Under the pieces are notes generated by a model. It was not told the DNA's origin. It worked only from the letters and a program-made list of their open reading frames with translations, and did not search any database. From positions 1 to 44,673 of the forward strand of contig PTLG01000003.1 in the NCBI GenBank assembly GCA_002937995.1: a stretch of DNA of 44,673 nt, given 5' to 3'. A program made the position numbers and the translations under genes. Source of the DNA: Alphaproteobacteria bacterium MarineAlpha3_Bin7 (GTDB taxonomy: Bacteria; Pseudomonadota; Alphaproteobacteria; Rhodospirillales; UBA2165). Below are positions 1 to 9,494 of this stretch, piece after piece; position 1 is the first letter of the stretch; every line of letters begins with the position of its first letter.

Positions 1-498
1 CAGTTTCCAGACAATTGGATTTATATCCACTCGCCAAATATCAAAATGGCACGACTTTCAAATTACCTAAATTTTTCAAAAGAAATGTCTGAAAATCCAG
101 AGATTTGCCCTTTGACTGCAGAGTACTTTACCTTTGCTGGCGACTCCGTATCGTCACTATCGGACAGTGAATTAATCGAACTAGCTATTACTGAACTCTC
201 AGATATGAACTTAGCGCTAAGAGAGCAATTTATTGATGGCTTTGTAGTTAGGAGCCAAAAAGCTTATCCTGTTATAGATAAAGCAAGTATTGACCAGGTA
301 AATGTGATTCGAAATTGGCTTCAGCAGTTTGAAAATCTGTTGCCAATCGGAAGATCTGGTATGTTTAAGTACAACAATCAAGACCACGCAATAGCAACAG
401 GTCTGTTGTCTTCTCGCACTTTTCTGGGCTCAGGTAACTTTGACCCTTGGAACGTAAATATTGATGCTGAGTATCAAGAATCTGGCCCGATTTTATAA
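1..498 (+). CDS. 5'-truncated FAD-dependent oxidoreductase (protoporphyrinogen oxidase/UDP-galactopyranose mutase-like family)
   Basis: Frame is open from base 1 (QFPDNWIYIHSPNIKMAR...); C-terminal motifs AYPV, GRSGMFKYNNQDHAIATG and PWNVNIDAEYQE are typical of this family. Confidence 0.75.
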   Translation, partial: QFPDNWIYIHSPNIKMARLSNYLNFSKEMSENPEICPLTAEYFTFAGDSVSSLSDSELIELAITELSDMNLALREQFIDGFVVRSQKAYPVIDKASIDQVNVIRNWLQQFENLLPIGRSGMFKYNNQDHAIATGLLSSRTFLGSGNFDPWNVNIDAEYQESGPIL

Positions 499-500
499 CT

Positions 501-533
501 AAAGAAAGTTGTGGGGCTTACCTTGGACCCCAC
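501..533 (-). terminator. Intrinsic terminator-like hairpin oriented for a minus-strand transcript
   Basis: GTGGGG(511-516)/CCCCAC(528-533) stem, followed on the minus strand by AACTTTCTTT. Confidence 0.5.
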
Positions 534-660
534 TCGGATGTATTTTGGCATCACCCATTAGAAGACCTAATAAATATTAACTAATATCAAACACAAATAC
601 GCGACTTTCCGTTCTCTCATCTAGACTGTGAAAACATACTTATATGTTCACCATATTAAT

Positions 661-679
661 GCGAATGATTATTATTATC
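661..679. promoter_or_regulatory. Putative Fur box
   Basis: GCGAATGATTATTATTATC matches 15/19 of GATAATGATAATCATTATC; it overlaps the expected -10 region of a minus-strand promoter with TTGACA at 700-695. Confidence 0.55.
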
Positions 680-881
680 AATTACATTCAAATTTGTCAA
701 TAGTTATACTAATAGCAGGTCAAAAGGGCATAACTTTTATTTTTTTCAAAAATTTTGTTTTACGATACAGCTTGTTGTGATAGACGATTGCCCATTAGTA
801 AGATAGTTTATTGACTGAATATAAACTATTGTTGTGAACCGCAGATACTAGTTCGCGATTTGAATTAACAGGGAGTTAAAA

Positions 882-1865
882 ATGAAGTTCAAGAAATTAA
901 TCGTATCTCTTGGTGTAGTGTCAGCTTTCTTCTTAAGCACCGCCTCTACGCCGGTATTATCTAGCGAAGTGACTATAAAAGGTGCTAGTTGTTTTCCCAT
1001 AGGAAGTCCTCCTGGCCGCCCATTTGAGGGCGTTGTAAAGGAAATCAATTCTCGAGGTAAGGGAGTTATTCAGGTCAAACTAATGGGGGGAGCACCTGCA
1101 ATTGGCAGTCCTTTCACACTTACTCAGAAGATGTCGAGAGGGGCATACGACATTGTCGGATGTACAGAAGCATACTATGGGAACGTTATTCCTGAAGCTC
1201 CAGTAGTAAGGCTTACCAGTAAACCTGCCGCAGAATTAAGGAAAAATGGTGCTATCGCATATTTTGCTAAGCTTCTAGCGGCAAAGAACATACACTATGT
1301 TGGCCGTCACAATGACTTCGGTCCATTTCACTTGTGGCTCAGCAAGAAAATTGATAAACCAGATCTTACTGGCCTAAACCTCAGAGTAGCTCCAGTTTAT
1401 ACGGCATTTTTCAAAAAACTGGGAGCAACAGTGCAAACGGCACCTATGCCTAAAATATACACTTTGATGGAAAACAATACAGTTCAGGGCTTTGGTTGGC
1501 CAGCTGGTGCTTTTGCTCCACCATGGGTAAAAGTTACAAAATACAAAGTTAACCCAGGTTTCTATACCGCACCATTACAAACACTAGTAAATCTAAAATC
1601 ATGGGAAGCACTTAACAGCAAACAACAGGCAATAATCACCAAGGTAGTCATGGAAAAGGAGGCAGCAACTGAACCAGGAAATGCTTCCTTAGCTGCCCAT
1701 CTTAAGAAAAATGAGGCGATGTTTGCCAAGGGTGGTATGAAAACTATTGAGTTTACTGGAGCTGATAGAGAATATTGGTCAAAAACGGCCATGGACGAAG
1801 CTTGGAGAGAGGTTAAGGAAAGATCTCCAAAGCATGGGCCGGCTCTAGAAAAACTTTTTAGATAA
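882..1865 (+). CDS. dctP: TRAP transporter substrate-binding protein
   Basis: N-terminal signal peptide, DLTGLNLRV motif with conserved Arg, directly upstream of small and large TRAP permeases. Confidence 0.9.
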   Translation: MKFKKLIVSLGVVSAFFLSTASTPVLSSEVTIKGASCFPIGSPPGRPFEGVVKEINSRGKGVIQVKLMGGAPAIGSPFTLTQKMSRGAYDIVGCTEAYYGNVIPEAPVVRLTSKPAAELRKNGAIAYFAKLLAAKNIHYVGRHNDFGPFHLWLSKKIDKPDLTGLNLRVAPVYTAFFKKLGATVQTAPMPKIYTLMENNTVQGFGWPAGAFAPPWVKVTKYKVNPGFYTAPLQTLVNLKSWEALNSKQQAIITKVVMEKEAATEPGNASLAAHLKKNEAMFAKGGMKTIEFTGADREYWSKTAMDEAWREVKERSPKHGPALEKLFR

Positions 1866-1885
1866 GAAAAATAGATTTTATTATT

Positions 1886-1919
1886 AATGGACAGTGTGGG
1901 TTTTGCCACACTGTCCGTT
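1886..1919 (+). other. Intercistronic stem-loop between dctP and dctQ (mRNA stabiliser or partial terminator)
   Basis: Perfect 11-bp stem GGACAGTGTGG(1889-1899)/CCACACTGTCC(1906-1916) with a 6-nt loop. Confidence 0.7.
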
Positions 1920-1945
1920 GATATTGATTATTTTTCTCTTTAGCT

Positions 1946-2482
1946 TTGAAAAAAATGAACACTTTTCTCGATAAGTTGGAGCGTGCATCTATTAATTTAG
2001 CACAATTTTTTGCTGCCCTCGTAGCTATATCCATTGGTTTAGCAGCCATACTGATACCTCTAAACCTCTTAATAATTAAACTCAATATAGGCAGTATGTG
2101 GTGGCTTAATGGTTCCATAGAGTATGCTTTATATTTTGGAGTATTTGGAGGCGCAACCTGGGTTCTCCAACAGGGTGCTCATGTTCGCGTGGATGTAGTT
2201 ACTGCCTCCCTATCTGCAGAGGCAGGAAAACAACTCGATTTTTTCATAAATATTTTTGGTGCCGCTTTATGTGTTTTCCTATGTATTTATGGAGCTCGCG
2301 CTGGAGTAATGGAATTTATTGATGGCACAATACCCGATAAGGATTTAAGAGTTCCGAACTGGATAGTGGTCTCCTTCTTTTCGTTTTCTTTCGCTATGCT
2401 AGCAATAGAATTTTTGTTTCGAATGCGAACTAACAGAGTTCTAGGTACTAAAAGTGATAAAAGTTCCGAGGTAGGGTTTTAA
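1946..2482 (+). CDS. dctQ: TRAP transporter small permease
   Basis: Four hydrophobic segments, GAHVRVDVV motif; start could be ATG at 1955. Confidence 0.9.
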   Translation: MKKMNTFLDKLERASINLAQFFAALVAISIGLAAILIPLNLLIIKLNIGSMWWLNGSIEYALYFGVFGGATWVLQQGAHVRVDVVTASLSAEAGKQLDFFINIFGAALCVFLCIYGARAGVMEFIDGTIPDKDLRVPNWIVVSFFSFSFAMLAIEFLFRMRTNRVLGTKSDKSSEVGF

Positions 2483-2484
2483 TC

Positions 2485-3930
2485 ATGGAATGGTACTTGG
2501 CTCTATTATTAATGCTTGGGACAGTTTGTGTGGCAATGTTTCTGGGTTTGCCCGTTGCCTTGGCTTTTTTTGCTGCAAATGTCTTGGGAACTTTTTTATT
2601 TATTAATGGAGATATTGGATTGGTGTTTATGGCAATGGAGTTCAATAATGCTATAAACTTTGGACTTGCACCTATAGCTCTGTTCTTGCTAATGGGAGAA
2701 ATTTTACTTCATACTGGTGTTGCATTTAAGGCAATAGGAGCCATCGACAGAATCATTTCACGCGTCCCTGGACGCCTTTCTATAGTATCAATTGTCGGGG
2801 GAACTGTATTTTCCTCACTGTCTGGCTCCACCATAGCAAATACAGCTATCCTTGGTTCGGTTTTACTCCCCGATATGATAAAAAGAGGTTACAAACCTAC
2901 TATTGCGATGGGACCAATAATGGCTGTAGGTGGTATAGCCATGCTTATACCACCTTCCGCGCTAGCCGTACTTTTAGCCAGTATAGCAGAACAGTCAGTT
3001 GCCCAGTTACTGATAGCTGGCATTATACCTGGCATCCTTATGGCACTTCTATTTTTTGCATACGTTATAGGTAGATGTGTGATTGATCCGACTTTAGCCC
3101 CCAGCTATACACCCGATGAAAGCTATCTGAATGAACCTATTACTCTAACCATGAACTTTGGAAATAAGGGTATTTTTAATATAACATATAATGGAACCGC
3201 CAAACGAACCATTAACCGCTTATTGCCCTTCTTAATTTATATATTGCCACTTTCAATTATTTTTATTGTTGTTGTAGGGTCTATATTTTTCAAGATAGCA
3301 GCACCGACGGAAGCTGCTGCTCTTGGCTGTATTTCGGCACTAGGCGCTTGCTATTTCTTCAAACTTTTTAATAAAACCGTTAAGATTACCGGCATTGAAG
3401 GGGCTGACTTCTCCTTTAAAGAAATATGGAAAGCTTTAATAGAGACGTCAAAAATCAATGTGATGATCCTATTTATTATTGCTGGCTCTCTCGTTTTTAG
3501 CCAGGCTTTATCAAACTCTGGAGCTACCGACGGATTACTTCAAGCTGTGTCCGACATGAACTTAAATAAGTTAACAATTGTAATCATAATGGTTTTGGTA
3601 CTTTTATTTTTAGGGGCATTCATGGATCAAGTAAGTATGCTTTTACTTACACTACCTTTTTTCCTAATGGGAACTAACTCCTTCCAGGTAGCCTTTGATA
3701 TTGATGTGATATGGCTAATGGTACTAATGCTGATTACAATGGAAATAAGCCTATTAACGCCTCCTTTTGGACTGCTCTTATATGTGATGAAGGGTATAGC
3801 ACCTTTTAATGTAACCATAGGCCAAGTTGTTATTTCAGCAATGCCTTTTATTGCGATTGAAGTTGTGGTCTTAGGGTTATTAATTGCTGTGCCAGAGGTA
3901 GCTATATGGTTACCTTCTATGATCGAATAG
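2485..3930 (+). CDS. dctM: TRAP transporter large permease
   Basis: Motifs GLPVALA, SGSTIAN, MLIPPS, PTEAAALG, LTPPFG; polytopic membrane protein. Confidence 0.93.
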   Translation: MEWYLALLLMLGTVCVAMFLGLPVALAFFAANVLGTFLFINGDIGLVFMAMEFNNAINFGLAPIALFLLMGEILLHTGVAFKAIGAIDRIISRVPGRLSIVSIVGGTVFSSLSGSTIANTAILGSVLLPDMIKRGYKPTIAMGPIMAVGGIAMLIPPSALAVLLASIAEQSVAQLLIAGIIPGILMALLFFAYVIGRCVIDPTLAPSYTPDESYLNEPITLTMNFGNKGIFNITYNGTAKRTINRLLPFLIYILPLSIIFIVVVGSIFFKIAAPTEAAALGCISALGACYFFKLFNKTVKITGIEGADFSFKEIWKALIETSKINVMILFIIAGSLVFSQALSNSGATDGLLQAVSDMNLNKLTIVIIMVLVLLFLGAFMDQVSMLLLTLPFFLMGTNSFQVAFDIDVIWLMVLMLITMEISLLTPPFGLLLYVMKGIAPFNVTIGQVVISAMPFIAIEVVVLGLLIAVPEVAIWLPSMIE

Positions 3931-3975
3931 AAAATTTATACTCGCAAAAATTACTGAGAAGTTCTGCCGAAAATC

Positions 3976-5016
3976 CTAGTCCCTTTTTACTAGTGCCTTT
4001 TCACCAGTTTGAAGAGATATACCTATTGCATCAACAACCTCAATATTATGAATCATCTCTTCCGGAGAAATAATAAATTCCCCCTTCCCATTAATACTAT
4101 CTGCAAACGAAATAAAATTGTGTGACACCGAGTCGATGACTTCAAATTCATGTTCATCTTTATTCCCTTCAGAAAAAACAACTAAGTCTACTAGGGAGCA
4201 CTCCCTGTACTCAGCAAACGTATCTGGTCCACTTGACTCCACCCAAACTTCAGTTCCAAATATCTTTAAACTTGAATGAAGAGGCGTTGACACTGAATTC
4301 CCAATAAAGCCTGTGACCCCAGATTCAAACTTCAGGTTTATGGATAATGTGTCAATAAAAGTTGGATCAATTCCCTTAGAAGAACTAGCGGCGAAGACCC
4401 ACTCTATGTTACCAAACAAATGGATATACGCATCTATCCTATGAATTCCAAACTGAGAAATAGGGCCCATTGGAATTTCAGCTTCCTGCAGTCTCCAACC
4501 GCGAGCAATATTACTGTCTTTATTTGATATAAATTTTTTAAATAAATCAGCTGTAGAGCCGTGACTAAGGTTGGTCTCAGCATGTAAAATTGCGCCGAAT
4601 TTATTATCAGCAATCATTTGTCGGATGTATTTGATGACAGGATAGTGCCTCTGATCATGTCCCAAAGCTAACTTTATACCGGCCTTTTTTGCCGCACTCA
4701 CCGCAGTTCTTGCATCATCTGCAGTTAATGCAAAAGGTTTCTCCGTATACACATGTTTGCCAAATTTGGCCGCTTTAACTATTTGCTTTGTGTGCAAGGT
4801 ATGAGGCGTAGCTAGGGTAACGGCATCAATATTGGTATTTGAAAGCACACCATCTAATGACGAGTGAAGCTCCAAGCCTAACTCGTCCGCTATGGGTTGA
4901 GCTCTTTCAGTATCTGGATCAACAGCGGCTACCACTTCGAAACAACCGCTATCTCGGGCAGATCTAACATGCCTCTGCCCCCATATACCCAAACCTGCAA
5001 CCACTAATTTTAACAT
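3976..5016 (-). CDS. Gfo/Idh/MocA family oxidoreductase
   Basis: N-terminal GLGIWG Rossmann motif, ATPHTLH, KHVYTEKPFA. Confidence 0.9.
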   Translation of the reverse strand: MLKLVVAGLGIWGQRHVRSARDSGCFEVVAAVDPDTERAQPIADELGLELHSSLDGVLSNTNIDAVTLATPHTLHTKQIVKAAKFGKHVYTEKPFALTADDARTAVSAAKKAGIKLALGHDQRHYPVIKYIRQMIADNKFGAILHAETNLSHGSTADLFKKFISNKDSNIARGWRLQEAEIPMGPISQFGIHRIDAYIHLFGNIEWVFAASSSKGIDPTFIDTLSINLKFESGVTGFIGNSVSTPLHSSLKIFGTEVWVESSGPDTFAEYRECSLVDLVVFSEGNKDEHEFEVIDSVSHNFISFADSINGKGEFIISPEEMIHNIEVVDAIGISLQTGEKALVKRD

Positions 5017-5112
5017 GCAATATCCTAACTCATTAGTAAGTACAAATCATGTATAAAGTAAATTGACGAATAGTGTCTATAGTATCATTGTACTTAATTG
5101 GGAGTAATGGTA

Positions 5113-5889
5113 ATGAGCCAAACTGACATTGATAGTATTCGTGACGTTGATTGCTTGAAAAATTCTGTGTCACCAGGAGAGTGGAGTTCAAGAGTCGACC
5201 TTGCTGCCTGCTATCATATGATTAGGAGGAACGGCTGGAATATGGGAATTTTTAACCATTGTTCCATTAGAGTTCCAAATGAACCCGACTATTTTTTGAT
5301 CAAAGCACATGCCCTACTATGGGATGAAGTGACAGCATCTAACCTCATCAAGGTAAATATGCTTGAAGAGTTAGATGAAAATTCGTCTGTCAATCGACCT
5401 GGTTTTGTCCTTCACTCTGCGATACTTCGGGAAAGAAAAGATGTTAATGCAATAGTTCATATACACGAAGAATCTTCCGTTGCCGTCTCAAGTATGGAGG
5501 AAGGTATTATGCCACTTACCCAGGACGCTATTTTTCTATATGGGCAAGTTGGATACCACGAATACTCTGGAATTACGGAAAATGCTGAAGAGCGGGATGC
5601 AATAATAAAAAATCTTGGTACCAACTCCACGATGTTAATGAGAAACCACGGTTCTGTTACGGTTGGCACTAATATGAGTGAAGCCTTTTCTTGGACAGCA
5701 AGGCTAGTAAAGGCCTGCCACATCCAACTTCAACTGCTAGCAACAGGAAAGAAATTGGTAGTGCCATCTGAGGATATGTGTCGCTATGTAGCCGAACAAT
5801 ACAACCAACACACAAAGGGAAGAGCCCTGGATGATTGGCCAGCCGCACTTCGCGAATTAGAAAAACAAGACCCCACTTACAGAAATTAA
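5113..5889 (+). CDS. Class II aldolase/adducin family protein
   Basis: RVDLAACY, FNHCSIRVP, DEVTASNLIKV, LHSAI, HIH and MRNHG motifs; ATG at 5113 chosen because GGAG lies at 5101-5104 (ORF track starts at 5098). Confidence 0.88.
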   Translation: MSQTDIDSIRDVDCLKNSVSPGEWSSRVDLAACYHMIRRNGWNMGIFNHCSIRVPNEPDYFLIKAHALLWDEVTASNLIKVNMLEELDENSSVNRPGFVLHSAILRERKDVNAIVHIHEESSVAVSSMEEGIMPLTQDAIFLYGQVGYHEYSGITENAEERDAIIKNLGTNSTMLMRNHGSVTVGTNMSEAFSWTARLVKACHIQLQLLATGKKLVVPSEDMCRYVAEQYNQHTKGRALDDWPAALRELEKQDPTYRN

Positions 5890-5895
5890 CTAGAC

Positions 5896-6816
5896 GTGGA
5901 AAAACGTATAAAAATAGCTGGGTATCAGCCTGAAGGATCCATATTAAGCCAGAGCCTAAATATTTTTGGCAAGTCACTAGCTAATGAAACCCCCAACATC
6001 AAAACGGAATTTACTTTTAATATTATGGACATAGGTAAAGCACCCGAAGAAATTATCAAATTAGTATCTGACGGTGTCTACGATGTTGGCTACATATCAA
6101 GTAGCTATTTTGCAAAAAAAATACCGGAACTCTATATCTTTGATATACCTTTTTTGATTAAAAATAGACAACAAGCGTACAATCTGATTGAAAGCCCTTA
6201 CCAAGAACAAATATCAGCCGAAGTTTCAGAAAAGTACAATTTAACGCTTCTTTCCATTTGGGACTATGGGTTTCGCCATTTTTCCAACCACGAATACCCA
6301 ATAAAAACTTTGGCAGATTGTAAAGGATTACTATTTAGAACTCTTCTTAATGATTTGCATCTAAAAATGTTTGCATCGTTAGGTTTCAAAGCAGAAATGC
6401 TACAGGTAAGTGAGTATCTAAGCAGAATAAAAAGTGGGGAAAAAATTGCACAGGAAAATGCTCTCACTAATTTTTATAATTTTCAACTCCATCATTACCA
6501 TCGCTACTTATCTATAACTAATCACCTCCTTGGGGTGGCACTTCTTATATGTAACAAAAATACATTTTCCACACTAACCACTGAACAAAAGAAGCAGTTT
6601 TTTAGTGTGGCCGCCTCGTCTGCTATAACGCAACGAGAATTGGCTATAGCTGAAGAAAAAGTGGTACTGGAAAAATTAAAAAATAATGGTGTGTTAGTTT
6701 ATAATTTATCCGATAATGAGAAAGCTGCCTTTAAAAAAGCGCTTTCTAAAACGGCGTTACCTTTTCGAGACAAAATTGGTACCAAAGCTCTAGAACATCT
6801 CGAAATAACTAACTAG
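5896..6816 (+). CDS. Orphan DctP-like TRAP solute-binding protein without a signal peptide
   Basis: DIPFL, DYGFRHFSN, LADCKGLLFR and AQENAL DctP motifs; N-terminus MEKRIKIAGYQP has no hydrophobic stretch. Confidence 0.8.
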   Translation: MEKRIKIAGYQPEGSILSQSLNIFGKSLANETPNIKTEFTFNIMDIGKAPEEIIKLVSDGVYDVGYISSSYFAKKIPELYIFDIPFLIKNRQQAYNLIESPYQEQISAEVSEKYNLTLLSIWDYGFRHFSNHEYPIKTLADCKGLLFRTLLNDLHLKMFASLGFKAEMLQVSEYLSRIKSGEKIAQENALTNFYNFQLHHYHRYLSITNHLLGVALLICNKNTFSTLTTEQKKQFFSVAASSAITQRELAIAEEKVVLEKLKNNGVLVYNLSDNEKAAFKKALSKTALPFRDKIGTKALEHLEITN

Positions 6817-6826
6817 TTTTTTCATA

Positions 6827-7324
6827 TTAAGATAATTTATCAGGATTCAAGGCTACCATATTAACCCCGTCTATGGTCATAACCAAAATTCCATTTTGAT
6901 TTTTTACTTCCAAAAATGTCTTTACTACTCCGCGATCCGGCTTTGACCGTGATCGCAAAGTTTGCTTAACGGTAGCGGTTACCTTTAATTTATCTCCACC
7001 TCTTACTGGATGGAGCCACTTTAACCCATCTAAACCTGGAGAAGCCATGCTGGATACATCTGATAAATAGTGACAAACAAAAAGTTTCATAGCTAAGCTA
7101 GTAGTGAACCAACCACTTGCTATAATTCCCTTAAAAGGTCCCGCCAAGGCTTCTTTTTCATCAATATGCATAGCCTGAGGGTCAAATCTGCGAGAAAACT
7201 CAACCATTTCATCATAATCAACTGTAACCTCCCCCAACTCATATGACTTACCTTCTATATAATCTTCAAAGTAACGTTCTTTATCTAACGCAGTAAATGC
7301 CTTCTCCCCCTCTTCATTATTCAT
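6827..7324 (-). CDS. MaoC family dehydratase (hot-dog fold)
   Basis: YFEDY, FDPQAMHID, GIIASGWFT, WLHPVRGGD and RSRSKPDRGVV motifs. Confidence 0.9.
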   Translation of the reverse strand: MNNEEGEKAFTALDKERYFEDYIEGKSYELGEVTVDYDEMVEFSRRFDPQAMHIDEKEALAGPFKGIIASGWFTTSLAMKLFVCHYLSDVSSMASPGLDGLKWLHPVRGGDKLKVTATVKQTLRSRSKPDRGVVKTFLEVKNQNGILVMTIDGVNMVALNPDKLS

Positions 7325-7356
7325 AGCTCACACCCTTTAAGTCAGTTGTTTTCTCA

Positions 7357-8196
7357 TCATTTTAAAAAAAAGCCTAGAGGTCGGCCTATTCGTTTTGCCT
7401 CTTCCTCCGGTGGGTTGTTCTCATCCCAGTGAATAGCATCAAATCTCATACCAGTAATCTGTGAGGCCTGTTCAGACATTAACCAACACACCGGCGCCAC
7501 CATTTTATATGGCGCCACCATTCCCCCGACCTTCTTACCAGCCAATTCTCTATCCTCAGAGATTTCAAAACCCTCTGTGTCTGCAGCTCCTCCAGGATTT
7601 ACTATATTAACTGTAATACCTGTTCCCTCTAGATCCTTTACCCAAACCTCCGAAGCATTCTCAAGAGCTGCCTTGGAAGGACCATAAGGAGATGCACCAG
7701 GCTTAGTCATTGTCTCCAACCTGGTGGTCACATTTATCAATCTCCCAACTTTATTCTTTATTAAATGAGGAGTGATCAGGCGGGCCATTCTATCTGCCGC
7801 AATAAAATTGGTATCCAGCACATTTTGAACCACTTCATCACTCAGTTCATAAAACTTGTTTGAATAGTCTTTTTTATACCTATTAGGAGAACTATAGGTA
7901 AATGTTAGGGCTGCATTGTTTATCAATCCAAAAATATCACCAAAATGGAGAATTGTTTTCTCAACTACTTTTCTACAATCTTCTGGGTTCCTCAAATCAG
8001 CCAAAATTGAAAATAATTGCTTGCCGAGGTTCATTTCGTTAGATTGGGAGCTAACTCTATTAATATCTTCCTCTATATGGGCAGCAATACAAACGTTGGC
8101 ACCCTTTTTGGCAAGTCCGTACGCCATTTCTCTGCCGAGGCCCCGACCACCGCCAGTTACAATTATTGTCCTACCGGAAAGTTCTTGAGTATTCAT
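7357..8196 (-). CDS. Short-chain dehydrogenase/reductase
   Basis: TGGGRGLG, INNAA and YGPSK (YxxxK) motifs. Confidence 0.92.
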   Translation of the reverse strand: MNTQELSGRTIIVTGGGRGLGREMAYGLAKKGANVCIAAHIEEDINRVSSQSNEMNLGKQLFSILADLRNPEDCRKVVEKTILHFGDIFGLINNAALTFTYSSPNRYKKDYSNKFYELSDEVVQNVLDTNFIAADRMARLITPHLIKNKVGRLINVTTRLETMTKPGASPYGPSKAALENASEVWVKDLEGTGITVNIVNPGGAADTEGFEISEDRELAGKKVGGMVAPYKMVAPVCWLMSEQASQITGMRFDAIHWDENNPPEEEAKRIGRPLGFFLK

Positions 8197-8224
8197 AACT
8201 TATCTTTATATATTTCAAGCAAAA

Positions 8225-9385
8225 CTACCTAGAAATTGTCTTCAGAGCTCCTATCAGCTTGTCAACGTTTTCCAACTGTGCAGCCTCTCCCATCATACCA
8301 ATACGCCATAGCTTACCAGCAAATTGTCCCAAGCCAGCACTGATTTCAATTCCATGATCCTCTAGTAATAAGGTGCGGGACGGAGCATCTTCTATATCTG
8401 GTGGGAGAAAAACTGTGAGCAGTTCTGGCAATCTAAACTCTTCGTCAACTAACATTTCAAACCCAAGCTCCAATAAACCAGCAACCATCCGCTGTTGGCA
8501 ATCTCTATGACGAGCCCAAACTGTCTCAAGCCCCTCTTCCACGATCCTGCGAAGTGCCTCATGAAGGCCCATCAGTGAATTTACTGGAGCCGTATGATGA
8601 TAGGTTCTTGCTCCATCACTATTCCAGTATGCAGAAACTAAAGAAAGATCCAGCAACCAACTCTGAACTGGCTGCTTCCTATTTTCCACATGTTTTACTG
8701 CCGCATCACTAAATGTGACAGGTGACAGACCTGGGGGGCAAGACAAACACTTTTGACTGCCTGAGTAGACTGCATCTGCACCCCACACATCTACCTGAAC
8801 AGGAACGCCTGCTAGCGAAGTCACAGTATCCATAATAATGAAAGCCTTATTCTCTTTGGCAATCTGACATAGATTAGCAGCGTCAGATAAAACCCCTGTG
8901 GATGTTTCGGCATGGACAAACCCCATATGTTTAATATCGGGATGTTCAGAAAATGCTTTTCGTACCTTATCTGGGTCAACCGGTTTACCCCAGTCATCCT
9001 CCGTTGTTACAACCTCCGCTCCAGCCCGGCGAGTTACCTCCGCCATTCTACCCCCAAAAACACCATTGATACAAATTAGCACCTTATCTCCAGGCTCAAC
9101 CATATTATTCACGCAGGCTTCCATACCTAACGACCCTGGCCCCGATACCGGAAAGGTCATTGAGTTATTAGTCTGGAAAATATAACGGAGCATATCTTTA
9201 AGCTCATCCATCATAACAAGCATAGCTGGATCCAAATGCCCGATAGTAATGTTTGACATTACTTTTAGTACATCTGGGTGAACCTGCGATGGTCCAGCAC
9301 CCATTAGTAAGCGATTAGGTGAAGAAAAAGAATTAAAATATGGGGGTTCATTAACTAACGATGGTGATGTTTGTTCTGCTCTCAA
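8225..9385 (-). CDS. Alanine--glyoxylate/serine--pyruvate aminotransferase (class V PLP enzyme)
   Basis: LMGAGPS, VHAETSTGV, SGSQKCLSCPPG (PLP Lys), RTYHHTAP, WRIGMMG. Confidence 0.92.
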   Translation of the reverse strand: MRAEQTSPSLVNEPPYFNSFSSPNRLLMGAGPSQVHPDVLKVMSNITIGHLDPAMLVMMDELKDMLRYIFQTNNSMTFPVSGPGSLGMEACVNNMVEPGDKVLICINGVFGGRMAEVTRRAGAEVVTTEDDWGKPVDPDKVRKAFSEHPDIKHMGFVHAETSTGVLSDAANLCQIAKENKAFIIMDTVTSLAGVPVQVDVWGADAVYSGSQKCLSCPPGLSPVTFSDAAVKHVENRKQPVQSWLLDLSLVSAYWNSDGARTYHHTAPVNSLMGLHEALRRIVEEGLETVWARHRDCQQRMVAGLLELGFEMLVDEEFRLPELLTVFLPPDIEDAPSRTLLLEDHGIEISAGLGQFAGKLWRIGMMGEAAQLENVDKLIGALKTISR

Positions 9386-9494
9386 TTTTCAAGTCCTATT
9401 CATATCAAAATAAAAAATAATTAAGTGCTATACTACTTCGCAGTATTATTAGTATCTGACCACGAGACTTTCAAACGGGAAAGTATTTTTATTT

